From positions 1 through 63,452 of IMG/VR virus record IMGVR_UViG_3300005512_000028: 63,452 nt of DNA; one strand, written 5' to 3'. Shown in pieces: positions 8,567 to 17,001 of this stretch (positions are counted from its first letter, which is position 1; each line of letters starts with the position of its first letter). This stretch comes from a virus (taxonomy: Duplodnaviria; Caudoviricetes). The translations under genes were made by a program, and so were the position numbers. The notes beneath the pieces were generated by a model, which was not told the DNA's origin, did no database searches, and saw nothing but the letters and a program-made list of their open reading frames with translations.

Positions 8567-9095
8567 CGTCTTCTCCTTCGTCGTCGCCGTCGGCCAACGC
8601 CAAGATCTGCTTGCGGACGTCGACCGGGAGTTTGAGTACCTCGGCGGGGATGGCCACGTGCTGGATTGGCGAGTCGCCGCCTTCGAGAATCACCTTGGAG
8701 ACGTCCATCATGCTTCGGTCTTTGTAGCGTGCCCGGGTCAAGAGCCACTGGGCCATGCGACCTGCGGCCCCGATATCCTTCCGTTGGACGAGCGTATCGA
8801 ACACCGTGCACTCGGCGGTATCGGCCAGGCGCTCTTGCTCTTGCAGGTAGTATTCCCAGATCGAGTCCCACTTGTGAAGGAGCCGGTTGACGGTCCGACG
8901 GGACACGGCCAGGCGCTCGGCTATCATGGCTCGGTTTCCGTACGTCCCTCGTATAGCCTTCCGCATGAGGGGTTTGGGTACGTTGATACGGGGTCTGTGC
9001 TTCCTTGGCTTGCGCTTCTTCGGCTTGGCTGCTATAGCCGCCTTGGACGCTGCTCGTGCTCGAGCGGACTTCGCCAACTTGTCATGCCGCGCCAT
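8550..9095 (-). CDS. Probable terminase small subunit (HTH)
   Basis: Basic N-terminus, HTH-like GNRAMIAERLAVSRRTVNRLL, upstream of terL, GAGG RBS before the ATG at 9095. Confidence 0.7.
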   Translation of the reverse strand: MARHDKLAKSARARAASKAAIAAKPKKRKPRKHRPRINVPKPLMRKAIRGTYGNRAMIAERLAVSRRTVNRLLHKWDSIWEYYLQEQERLADTAECTVFDTLVQRKDIGAAGRMAQWLLTRARYKDRSMMDVSKVILEGGDSPIQHVAIPAEVLKLPVDVRKQILALADGDDEGEDDGDAA

Positions 9096-9288
9096 TTGAA
9101 TTTCCTCGGTGGTCTCGTTTCTGGCCGGGATTCCCCGGCCAGTATACGTGGGGCGTCTCATCGTACGAGCGGGGTATTGCGTCGACGTCGCTGGTCGGCG
9201 GCGTGCGTCCTATCGATACGTCGTGGAATCGGGGAGTTTACTAGGATTCGTGGCCAAAACAATCTGTCTTTTGGGCTGAACTTTCATG

Positions 9289-9316
9289 TTGATCTGTCCG
9301 AAGAGATGGGTATACT
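9289..9316 (+). promoter_or_regulatory. Sigma70-like early promoter
   Basis: TTGATC-16 nt-TATACT in the AT-rich divergent intergenic region. Confidence 0.5.
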
Positions 9317-9552
9317 TGGTTATAGTAGCACGATGCATTTGGCAACCGAATAGGGACGAGGAAGACCGACGCACGAAGCCGCCTACCACGCATAACGGCC
9401 ACACCGCGCGGGGAACCGCCCGGCTAGGTAGGCGTAGGTCGAACCTCGAGTTCCGCAGGACGCCCGCAAGGAACGCCACGCTGATAGGCCCGCTGCTACG
9501 CATGCGACGGGGCTACGGACACAGACAGAACCCGAGGCGCGGTAGACGTTGC

Positions 9553-9620
9553 GGCCTCGCGTCGCGGAACAAGTGCACGCCCCGTTCGGTGTTCCCCGGT
9601 TCGAGTCCGGGGCGGGGCCA
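9553..9620 (+). ncRNA. tRNA-like element (acceptor stem and T arm, non-canonical middle)
   Basis: GGCCTCG/CGGGGCC+A, CCCCGG-TTCGAGT-CCGGGG, GAACA/TGTTC stem with 18-nt loop; no normal D arm or 7-nt anticodon loop. Confidence 0.6.
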
Positions 9621-9659
9621 TCGCCAAGCAATAGTGCTTGGCCATCAAGGAGCAACGCC

Positions 9660-10460
9660 ATGAAGAAGCACGCGCACATCGACGTCACCGTTACGTTCGT
9701 TCCCGAGCAACGGACCGACGAGTTCTCGCGTACGCAGCCGCACGTCGTCGCTACGACAAACGTCCCGTCGCTTGGCTACTTCGAGGCTCGGGCGTTGCAC
9801 ATCGACCGGGCCATCGACGACATCCGACGGGCCATCGCCGATGCGCTGACGAAGAATGGCACCAAGGTGTCGGCATACGACATCGGCCTTGGCCGGATGA
9901 CGTACCGCAAATTCCCTGCGAAGGACGCGGCGCAGTTCGAGGCGCGTATCCACCAAGCGGCCATCAACGAGGACGAGTCACGACGCATCGCATCCGACCG
10001 CGCCGCGCTGGCCGAGGAGCTGGAGGGGCATCTCGTATCGAACGGCCTGCCCGAGACGGCGGCTCGTGCAGCCCATGACAAGACGGGCGGGGTCATCGTC
10101 GTCGAAGGCGAGTCCTATTGGGACGTGCGTGCGCGTCGGACGTACACGCAGTTCCGCACGCGGCGGTTCCGCATGCGAGCCAGCGGGACGTACAACTGGA
10201 GCAAGATCGTCGAGGCCGCTCGCGAGGTCTACGAGTGGAAGACGGCTCGTACGGAGCGCCTGGCGAAGGAGAACAAGGCTGCGGCAGACGCGGTCGTGAT
10301 GGTCAACGAGCTGGGTATCAACCGCCACGACCCCCACGTTGCCATCACGAACACCGGCTACGTTCGCGTCACCATTTCCACGGCGCTGCCGAAGAAGCTC
10401 GCGGCGCTGGCCGAGTTCCTGAAGACGGAGATGGGCGTCGACATCACGACCAACGAGTAG
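9660..10460 (+). CDS. Early hypothetical protein
   Basis: AAGGAG RBS, 266 aa, strong GC3 bias. Confidence 0.75.
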   Translation: MKKHAHIDVTVTFVPEQRTDEFSRTQPHVVATTNVPSLGYFEARALHIDRAIDDIRRAIADALTKNGTKVSAYDIGLGRMTYRKFPAKDAAQFEARIHQAAINEDESRRIASDRAALAEELEGHLVSNGLPETAARAAHDKTGGVIVVEGESYWDVRARRTYTQFRTRRFRMRASGTYNWSKIVEAAREVYEWKTARTERLAKENKAAADAVVMVNELGINRHDPHVAITNTGYVRVTISTALPKKLAALAEFLKTEMGVDITTNE

Positions 10461-10476
10461 CCCGACGCAGATGCAT

Positions 10477-10520
10477 TGCCCCGCTGGTTTCGCCCGGGTT
10501 CGACTCCCGGGCCGGGGCAT
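10477..10520 (+). ncRNA. Minimal tRNA-like minihelix (acceptor stem and T arm)
   Basis: TGCCCCG-8 nt-GCCCGGG-TTCGACT-CCCGGGC-CGGGGCA, intergenic. Confidence 0.55.
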
Positions 10521-10548
10521 CCGCAATGGTGCGGTAGGAGACACGACG

Positions 10549-10803
10549 ATGAACGCACGGCCAGTGAAACTCGCGTCTGGTGAATGGGCCATCGAGTTCG
10601 AGCAGACGTTGCAATGGAACGCGGCGACGGGCAGATACGACCACGGCAGCTTCTGGGGCCGCGAGGCGGACGACGAAACCTTCGCAACGCGCGCCGCGGC
10701 GATACAGCAGATACACGAGTGGCACGCAGAGGACGCCAACGAGACGATGGCGTCGCGGAAGTACCAGTACCAGCAAGAGTACGCTGCTGGCATCCGCGAC
10801 TAG
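10549..10803 (+). CDS. Early hypothetical protein
   Basis: AGGAG RBS, 84 aa. Confidence 0.7.
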   Translation: MNARPVKLASGEWAIEFEQTLQWNAATGRYDHGSFWGREADDETFATRAAAIQQIHEWHAEDANETMASRKYQYQQEYAAGIRD

Positions 10804-10807
10804 CACA

Positions 10808-10861
10808 GGCCGAAACGCCCCGCGAGGGGCGTCCTACCGTAACGCGGTAGCCGATGAGGCC
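10808..10861 (+). ncRNA. Type II hammerhead ribozyme, copy 1 (U4C core variant)
   Basis: GGCC-GAAA-C GCCCC/GGGGC-GTC(cleavage after 10833)-CTACCG/CGGTAG-CCGATGA-GGCC. Confidence 0.8.
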
Positions 10862-10886
10862 GGTAGCCCCCAACAGGAGAAACACC

Positions 10887-11102
10887 ATGAGTACGCCCGC
10901 CGCCTTCGCCTATCCGTACATCGTTGCCTGGGGCAGGATGATGGGTTCCAATTGGTCGTTCACCGAACTGACCGCCGAGCGAGCCGCACGCGACGACGCG
11001 CCGTCGAACGCCATCTACCACGACGGCGGGCGTTGGGTGACCTTCGACGAGGTGACCAGCGACGCCACGCGCGACGCCATCAACCGACTCCTGCCCGAGT
11101 AG
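10887..11102 (+). CDS. Early hypothetical protein flanked by two hammerheads
   Basis: AGGAG RBS, 71 aa. Confidence 0.7.
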   Translation: MSTPAAFAYPYIVAWGRMMGSNWSFTELTAERAARDDAPSNAIYHDGGRWVTFDEVTSDATRDAINRLLPE

Positions 11103-11106
11103 CACA

Positions 11107-11165
11107 GGCCGAAACGCGGGACGACGAGTCCCGCGTCCTACCGTAACGCGGTAGCCGATGAGGCC
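11107..11165 (+). ncRNA. Type II hammerhead ribozyme, copy 2
   Basis: Same core and stems I/II; stem III differs in sequence but still pairs (GCGGGAC/GTCCCGC); GTC site ends at 11137. Confidence 0.8.
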
Positions 11166-11190
11166 GGTAGCCCCGATAGGAGAAGACACA

Positions 11191-11613
11191 ATGACAAAGC
11201 ATGTACTGACCCCGAAGGAGGCAACGTGCATCGGACGCGAGATGGGCATCCGAGGCATCGTCGTTTGCTCGGACCCCGTTGCCACGGGCCTGTGGCAGGT
11301 TTCCATCCCCGGCGCGGCCGAAGCGCACAGGAAGATGGACGAGGACGAGTGGCGTACGTTCCTCGCGGAGTCCGGGTGGGTGCCCATGCCGTCGCAGAAG
11401 AAGGCCACGAACAAGCCGGTCGACCGAGGCCCGCACATCAAGCGGGACATCGTCATCCGCAACGGCCGACTGAGTTTCACCGTCACCAACATGAGGCACG
11501 CGGCCAGCATTCCAATTGACCTGCACAACATCGCCACGCACGTCGTTGCCGCATTCGCGTCCAACGACGACCTCGAATACCTCGAGGACCTCATTGCCGA
11601 GGTACGAGAGTAA
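11191..11613 (+). CDS. Early hypothetical protein
   Basis: AGGAG RBS, 140 aa. Confidence 0.7.
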   Translation: MTKHVLTPKEATCIGREMGIRGIVVCSDPVATGLWQVSIPGAAEAHRKMDEDEWRTFLAESGWVPMPSQKKATNKPVDRGPHIKRDIVIRNGRLSFTVTNMRHAASIPIDLHNIATHVVAAFASNDDLEYLEDLIAEVRE

Positions 11614-11646
11614 TACGGAACGGTAAGGCCATCGAAAGGAGACGCC

Positions 11647-12084
11647 ATGGCGAAAACGACACACAACTACCAGTTGCTGGTACGCATCGCCCATGCCGTC
11701 CGAGACGAGGGCGTCATCGAGCATCCATGGGTTGAGGTCGCTCGGCGCTACTCGGACCGCACAGGCAGGGCGTTTGCACCAAGCGCATGCCAGCAAGCAT
11801 TCTCGCGGTATGTACACAACAGACCCGAGCACGAGCGACGACTGTTCAAGCCGGGGGCTGTGGCGACGACCACGACGCCTGCCAACCACACCAACGGGAC
11901 AACGCATCCGTCCGACCGCGTGGCGGGGGCGATGCGGTCGCTGGTCGCATTGGTCGTCGACGATGCCTTCAGCAAGGTAATGCGTAGGCTCGATGCTCAC
12001 GCGGCCGCGCTCAGTACGTTGGAGAAGGAACTGCCCGCGATGATAGAGGCGGGCGTCAAACGCGTGTTCGGAGAAGACGGATGA
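11647..12084 (+). CDS. Hypothetical protein (possible DNA-binding N-terminus)
   Basis: AAGGAG RBS, 145 aa. Confidence 0.65.
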   Translation: MAKTTHNYQLLVRIAHAVRDEGVIEHPWVEVARRYSDRTGRAFAPSACQQAFSRYVHNRPEHERRLFKPGAVATTTTPANHTNGTTHPSDRVAGAMRSLVALVVDDAFSKVMRRLDAHAAALSTLEKELPAMIEAGVKRVFGEDG

Positions 12085-12509
12085 TATCACTACGACAAGT
12101 GATGAAGGACAACCCCAACGGACGGCAATGCTCCATCTGTGGCTTGCCGGTCAAGGCCGCGCCGCGTGGCATCCGCGCGTGTATCTGTGCGACTTGCATG
12201 GCCAAGCGCACGCGCACCGCAGCTGAGCTGGCGTCGGCACGGAAGGAGGAGAAGGAGCACGCCCACGAGCAGGAGGTGGCCGAACGCAAAGCGGCGCGGG
12301 GCATGGACGTCCTCGCTGCCGCGACCGCCGTCCTACGCGAGGTCGGGGAGCCTATGCACGTCAAAGACCTGACCGCGAAGATGATAGACGACGGGCTTTG
12401 GAAACCGCGCGGCTCGACGCCGCAGAACACCGTGTACGCACGCATCTTCAAGGCGGCGGGGTTCAGGAAGACAGCTCCGAGTACATTTGCCCTTGAAACC
12501 GATGCGTGA
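12081..12509 (+). CDS. Zn-finger plus HARE-HTH-like winged-helix protein
   Basis: CSIC...CATC; AATAVLREVGEPMHVKDLTAKMIDDGLWKPRGSTPQNTVYARI. Confidence 0.75.
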   Translation: MISLRQVMKDNPNGRQCSICGLPVKAAPRGIRACICATCMAKRTRTAAELASARKEEKEHAHEQEVAERKAARGMDVLAAATAVLREVGEPMHVKDLTAKMIDDGLWKPRGSTPQNTVYARIFKAAGFRKTAPSTFALETDA

Positions 12510-12582
12510 TGGATGCATATAGTACAACAGTATGGCGTAGGCATCGTGCCTACCCAACAACGGCAACGGGAAGGAGAGTATC

Positions 12583-13164
12583 ATGAGCAAGCGAACGAAG
12601 ACGATGCGTCCGAAGGTCGGCCAAGTCTACATGGCCACCGTCGATGGGGAAGACCACGAGGTCACCATCATCGGCAAGAGCAAGCGGCACCCCGACAAGT
12701 ACCGCGTCTCCGTGGACGGGTCGGCGTCGGTGATGGCGTTGGTCGCCCCGAAAGACCTGCATCCGACGCCGGTCGGGGGCAACGACGACAACGACGCGAC
12801 GCCTCCCGCGAAGAAGGCCGGCAAGAAGGCCAGCAGCAAGAAGGCCAGCAGCAAGAAGGCCAGCGGGAAGGCCAGCGAAAAGGCCAGCGAGAAGACGGCT
12901 CGCGCGCCTCGCAGGTCGCTCATCAACGCCGCACTCCTCGTGCTGGCCGGGAGCAAGAAGCCGCTCGGCGCGAAGGAGATGGTCGGCGTCGCGGAGGCCA
13001 AGGGCCTGTACAAGCCCACCGGCAAGACGCCGGAGGCCACGCTGTACAGCGCACTGCTGACCGACAAGCACAAGCGCGCCGAGCGCGTCGACCGGGGCGT
13101 CTGGCAGCTGACGGACGCTGGCCGCGAGGCCATCCCCTCCATCAAGGCCGCGTTCGAGGCGTAG
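12583..13164 (+). CDS. Lys-rich histone-like linker plus HARE-HTH-like protein
   Basis: KKAS repeats; AALLVLAGSKKPLGAKEMV...GKTPEATLYSAL. Confidence 0.75.
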   Translation: MSKRTKTMRPKVGQVYMATVDGEDHEVTIIGKSKRHPDKYRVSVDGSASVMALVAPKDLHPTPVGGNDDNDATPPAKKAGKKASSKKASSKKASGKASEKASEKTARAPRRSLINAALLVLAGSKKPLGAKEMVGVAEAKGLYKPTGKTPEATLYSALLTDKHKRAERVDRGVWQLTDAGREAIPSIKAAFEA

Positions 13165-13193
13165 CGCCAACGACGCAGACGGGCCGCGAACAC

Positions 13194-13230
13194 ACGGACG
13201 CCGGGACCTCCTCCCGGCGTCCGTTTCCTT
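13194..13230 (+). terminator. Probable intrinsic terminator
   Basis: 13-bp stem ACGGACGCCGGGA/TCCCGGCGTCCGT followed by TTCCTT. Confidence 0.55.
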
Positions 13231-13249
13231 ATACCAATGGAGACCACCA

Positions 13250-14239
13250 ATGAACCCGCATGGACTCGTCGAGCTGCTACATTCCACCATCCCCGCGAAA
13301 CTGCCCGTGCTCATCAAGGGAGCACCGGGCATCGGCAAGACCGACATCGTACACCAAGCGGCATCAGACCTTGGCGTCGACGTCATCATATCGCACCCGG
13401 TCATCGAGGACCCCACCAACTACAAGGGCATGCCCGCCGTGGTGAACGGCAAGGCCAAGTGGCTGCCGTTCGGAGACCTCCAACGCCTCATCAACGCGAA
13501 GCGACCCACCGTCGCGTTCATGGACGACCTCGGCCAAGCGCCGCCTGCCGTACAGGCTGCGGCGATGCAGCTGCTCCTCGCTCGTCGGATAGGCGAGCAC
13601 GCCATCAGCGACCATATCACATTCGTCGCCGCCACCAACCGCCGCGAGGACCGGGCGGGCGTAACCACCATCCTCGAGCCGGTCAAGTCGCGCTTCGCCG
13701 CCATCGTCGAACTGCAAGTCGACGTCGACGTATGGTGCGAATGGGCGATGGCGAATGGCATCGTACCGGAGGTCATTGCGTTCATCCGGTTCAGGCCCGC
13801 GTTGCTCATGGACACGGAGACGCCGACGAACGACATCGTCAACAGGCCGTGCCCGCGTACCGTGGCCAACCTGTCGCGGCTCTTCGCGGCAGGCGTCTCC
13901 GACCTCGAGGCGTACGCAGGCGCGACGGGCGTTGGCTTCGCCACCGAGTTCGCGGGGTTCCTGCGCGTCTGGCGTCTGCTGCCTGACATCGACCAGGTCC
14001 TGTCGGACCCCTCCAGCGCGTCGGTGCCGAACGACCCCGCCGCACTCTACGCACTTGCATCCGTGCTGGCGGGACGCGCTACGGCAGAGAACACCTCGCA
14101 CATCATGGAGTACGCACTCCGCATGCCTCCCGAGTTTTCCACGCTGACGATCAAGGACGTCGTGCGACAGTGTCCTGATGCAGCGAACAACACCGCGTAC
14201 ATCGAATGGGCAGTCGCCAACCAGAACACGCTGGTCTAG
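13250..14239 (+). CDS. MoxR-like AAA+ ATPase
   Basis: GAPGIGKT, FMDDL, FVAATNR, SRF, PCPRT. Confidence 0.85.
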   Translation: MNPHGLVELLHSTIPAKLPVLIKGAPGIGKTDIVHQAASDLGVDVIISHPVIEDPTNYKGMPAVVNGKAKWLPFGDLQRLINAKRPTVAFMDDLGQAPPAVQAAAMQLLLARRIGEHAISDHITFVAATNRREDRAGVTTILEPVKSRFAAIVELQVDVDVWCEWAMANGIVPEVIAFIRFRPALLMDTETPTNDIVNRPCPRTVANLSRLFAAGVSDLEAYAGATGVGFATEFAGFLRVWRLLPDIDQVLSDPSSASVPNDPAALYALASVLAGRATAENTSHIMEYALRMPPEFSTLTIKDVVRQCPDAANNTAYIEWAVANQNTLV

Positions 14240-14261
14240 CACCAACACAAGGAGTCCATCC

Positions 14262-15137
14262 ATGACGAAGCAGACAAGCAAATTACAGGGCATCCAAGAA
14301 CGGGCCATGCTCGTCAAGTTCACCGTGTCCCGATGGGACGGGCGTAAGCGGGACGACCGCGTCACGCAGGACGTCAGCACGACCAACCACGCTGAGAACG
14401 ACGCCGGCGCGTGGTGGACACATCTCATCAGCCGCAAGGCGCTCGCGCCTACCCGTAACGCCGAGGTCCGGGGACGCATCATCCACAACAAGCAAACGCT
14501 GCCGTGGAACGACGTCGGCTACAGAATTCTGCCGGCCGCGAACTTCCTCGAGTACACCAAACGGATGCGAAAGGCACAGCGCGACTTCGACGATGCAGTC
14601 CGTACGCTCATCGACGAGTACCCGTCGCTGCTTGCCTCCGCGAAGGACCGCCTTGGTGAACTCTTCTATGCCGAGTGGTACCCGGAGCCGCACGAGCTCG
14701 CTCCTCGCTTCGCATGGGGCATCGATATCATGCCCCTTCCGACAGGGGGCGACTTCCGAGTCGACCTCGGCAGCACACAGACGACTGCCATTCAGCAGCA
14801 CATCGACCGCCACGTCACAAACAAATTGGCGTCCGCTACCCACGACCTGTGGCAGCGCCTCTACGACGCGGTGAACAAGCTGGCCGACAGGCTGTCGGAT
14901 ACGGACCGAGTCATCAGGGCGTCCCTCCTGACCAACCTTCAGGAGCTATGCGAACTCCTGCCGCGTCTGAACATCACGCAGAACGCCAAGCTCACCGCGA
15001 TGAGCACCAAGATCGCCAAGAAGGTAAAGGCGTCCGACCTCGACCACATCCGAAACGACGACACGGCACGGGCGTCGGCAGCCAAGGCAACGAAGGTCAT
15101 CCTCGACCAAATGGCGGGGTACATGGGAGACTCCTAA
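14262..15137 (+). CDS. DUF3150-like helical protein
   Basis: AAGGAG RBS; TLPW...GYRILP, YP motif; lies between the AAA and VWA genes. Confidence 0.65.
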   Translation: MTKQTSKLQGIQERAMLVKFTVSRWDGRKRDDRVTQDVSTTNHAENDAGAWWTHLISRKALAPTRNAEVRGRIIHNKQTLPWNDVGYRILPAANFLEYTKRMRKAQRDFDDAVRTLIDEYPSLLASAKDRLGELFYAEWYPEPHELAPRFAWGIDIMPLPTGGDFRVDLGSTQTTAIQQHIDRHVTNKLASATHDLWQRLYDAVNKLADRLSDTDRVIRASLLTNLQELCELLPRLNITQNAKLTAMSTKIAKKVKASDLDHIRNDDTARASAAKATKVILDQMAGYMGDS

Positions 15138-16315
15138 TGACCACAGCAGAACGTATCGTGCGTGCGCGTACCGTACTGGTCATCGACCAACCCTTCTTCG
15201 GGACGCTGGTAACGCGCCTGCCTATGGAACGCAACACCCACATTCAAACGATGGAGACGGACGGCACTCGTATCGCATACAACCCCGCGTTCGTGGCGTC
15301 GCTAACGGACGACGAACTGGTAGGCGTCATTGCCCACGAGGTAATGCACATCGCGGCGGGCCATCCGTGGCGGCGGGAAGAGCGCGAAGCGCGTCGTTGG
15401 AATACGGCGTGCGACCTCGCTATCAACCCGCTGCTTACGGACTGTGGCATGCGACTGCCCGCCGGCGCACTCGAAGACGCCGCGTGCCGGAATATGGATG
15501 CGGAGGCCATCTACCGCCGTCTGCCTCCATCGCCCGCCAACCGCGACAAATACGCCCACGGCGCGGAAAAGGCCGGATGTGGCCCACAGAGCCGCAGCGC
15601 TACGAGAAATGGCGAACAGGGCCAACGTCGTGCGGACCCGGGCGGATGTGGGGCCGTCCGCGACGCCCCGTCCAACGACCGGGTACGCGACCAGCACGAG
15701 GCGGAATGGAGGGTCGCCGTGTCGCAGGCGGCGAAGGCCGCGTCGAAGCACGGACGCCTTCCCGGGTCCCTCGCCCGCCTCGTGAAGTCCATCGTCAACC
15801 CGGCGATGCCATGGCGGGTAATGCTGCGTGACTTCGTCGTGCGTGCAGCAGCCAACGACTACAACTGGAACAGGCCGAACAGAAAGTACGTCGGCGCTGG
15901 CATCGTAATGCCATCGATGATATCCGACAGGCTGCCGGACATTGTAGTGGCCGTCGACACCTCGGGTAGCATTACGCAAAGCATCACAGACCGCTTCGCC
16001 GCCGAGATATCGGCCATCCTGATGGCGTATGATACGACCATCCATGTCGTCTATGCAGACGCGGCCGTGACAGACACCGAAACGTGGACTCGCGAGGGGC
16101 TGCCACTGCGACTCAACCCCAAGGGAGGCGGCGGCACGGACTTCAGGCCGGTGTTCGAGTGGGTCGAAAAGCGGGGGCTAACACCCGCCTGCCTTGTCTA
16201 CCTCACGGACATGCGAGGCAGATGGCCCGAGGCCGAGCCTCCGTATCCTGTCCTATGGGCCGCAACGACCGCAGACGTCACCCCGCCGTTCGGCATCACG
16301 GCCAGCATGGCGTGA
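15137..16315 (+). CDS. DUF2201-type metallopeptidase plus VWA domain protein
   Basis: PFFG, TDG, HEVMH, WNTACDLAIN, VAVDTSGS, GGGGTDFRPVF, YLTD. Confidence 0.9.
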   Translation: MTTAERIVRARTVLVIDQPFFGTLVTRLPMERNTHIQTMETDGTRIAYNPAFVASLTDDELVGVIAHEVMHIAAGHPWRREEREARRWNTACDLAINPLLTDCGMRLPAGALEDAACRNMDAEAIYRRLPPSPANRDKYAHGAEKAGCGPQSRSATRNGEQGQRRADPGGCGAVRDAPSNDRVRDQHEAEWRVAVSQAAKAASKHGRLPGSLARLVKSIVNPAMPWRVMLRDFVVRAAANDYNWNRPNRKYVGAGIVMPSMISDRLPDIVVAVDTSGSITQSITDRFAAEISAILMAYDTTIHVVYADAAVTDTETWTREGLPLRLNPKGGGGTDFRPVFEWVEKRGLTPACLVYLTDMRGRWPEAEPPYPVLWAATTADVTPPFGITASMA

Positions 16316-16436
16316 TGCCGTGCGGCGGTCGTGCTGCGGCATCTCCGCGAATCTTTTTTGCCTCACGCCACCAAAGACCGTTGTAGGCATCCGGCCTATG
16401 CGAGTATAAGTAGGCTAACCACTTAGACCACGGGCT

Positions 16437-16991
16437 ATGAATGGAGTCACAATGAACGAATGGATACGCAACCTCAGCCCCGCGCGGCAAGCACAGAAGT
16501 TCCACAAGTACATAGGCCTCGCAAGGCACATCGCCGTTCGACTGGCGCATAAGCACGGGCTGCCACTAGACGACGTCGTCGCGGAGGCCGAGTCGCTACT
16601 GGCCGTCCTGCTCTGCGACAAGTGGGTCTGCGACACGGGCAGGTCGTCGGAGTCCCACTGGATATACCAGAAACTCTACTGGGCCATCCTCGACTACTGT
16701 ACCCGCAAGCGGCCGCGCTACTTCACATTCTCGGAGGTCAGCACCGACGAGTACCCCTTCGACGCCGCGTCCAACCCATCCATCCTCACCCGCCTCCGGC
16801 GCGAACTGGGCGACGACGCCAAGGAGATCGTCCGTATCATCCTGAACGCGCCCATCGAAATAGCAGACGACGTCCGTGCCTCGTGCCCGGCACGGGCCAG
16901 AAAAGCCATCCAGCGCCACGTCCGTGCCGTATGGGGATGGCGTCCCCACCGCATCGACAAGGCGTGGCGGGAAGTCGCCGCCTGTATATAG
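16437..16991 (+). CDS. Sigma70 region-2-like putative transcription factor
   Basis: LARHIAVRL...LDDVVAEA...WIYQKLYWAILDYCTRK resembles sigma region 2. Confidence 0.5.
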   Translation: MNGVTMNEWIRNLSPARQAQKFHKYIGLARHIAVRLAHKHGLPLDDVVAEAESLLAVLLCDKWVCDTGRSSESHWIYQKLYWAILDYCTRKRPRYFTFSEVSTDEYPFDAASNPSILTRLRRELGDDAKEIVRIILNAPIEIADDVRASCPARARKAIQRHVRAVWGWRPHRIDKAWREVAACI

Positions 16992-17001
16992 AGGACACCG
17001 C

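Noticed and set aside
9553-9620. Canonical tRNA genes here and at 10477 and 31214
   Set aside because: No 7-nt anticodon loop or standard D arm; reported as tRNA-like only
11614-11646. Third hammerhead copy
   Set aside because: Only fragments (CGGTA, AGGCC, GAAA); no core or stems
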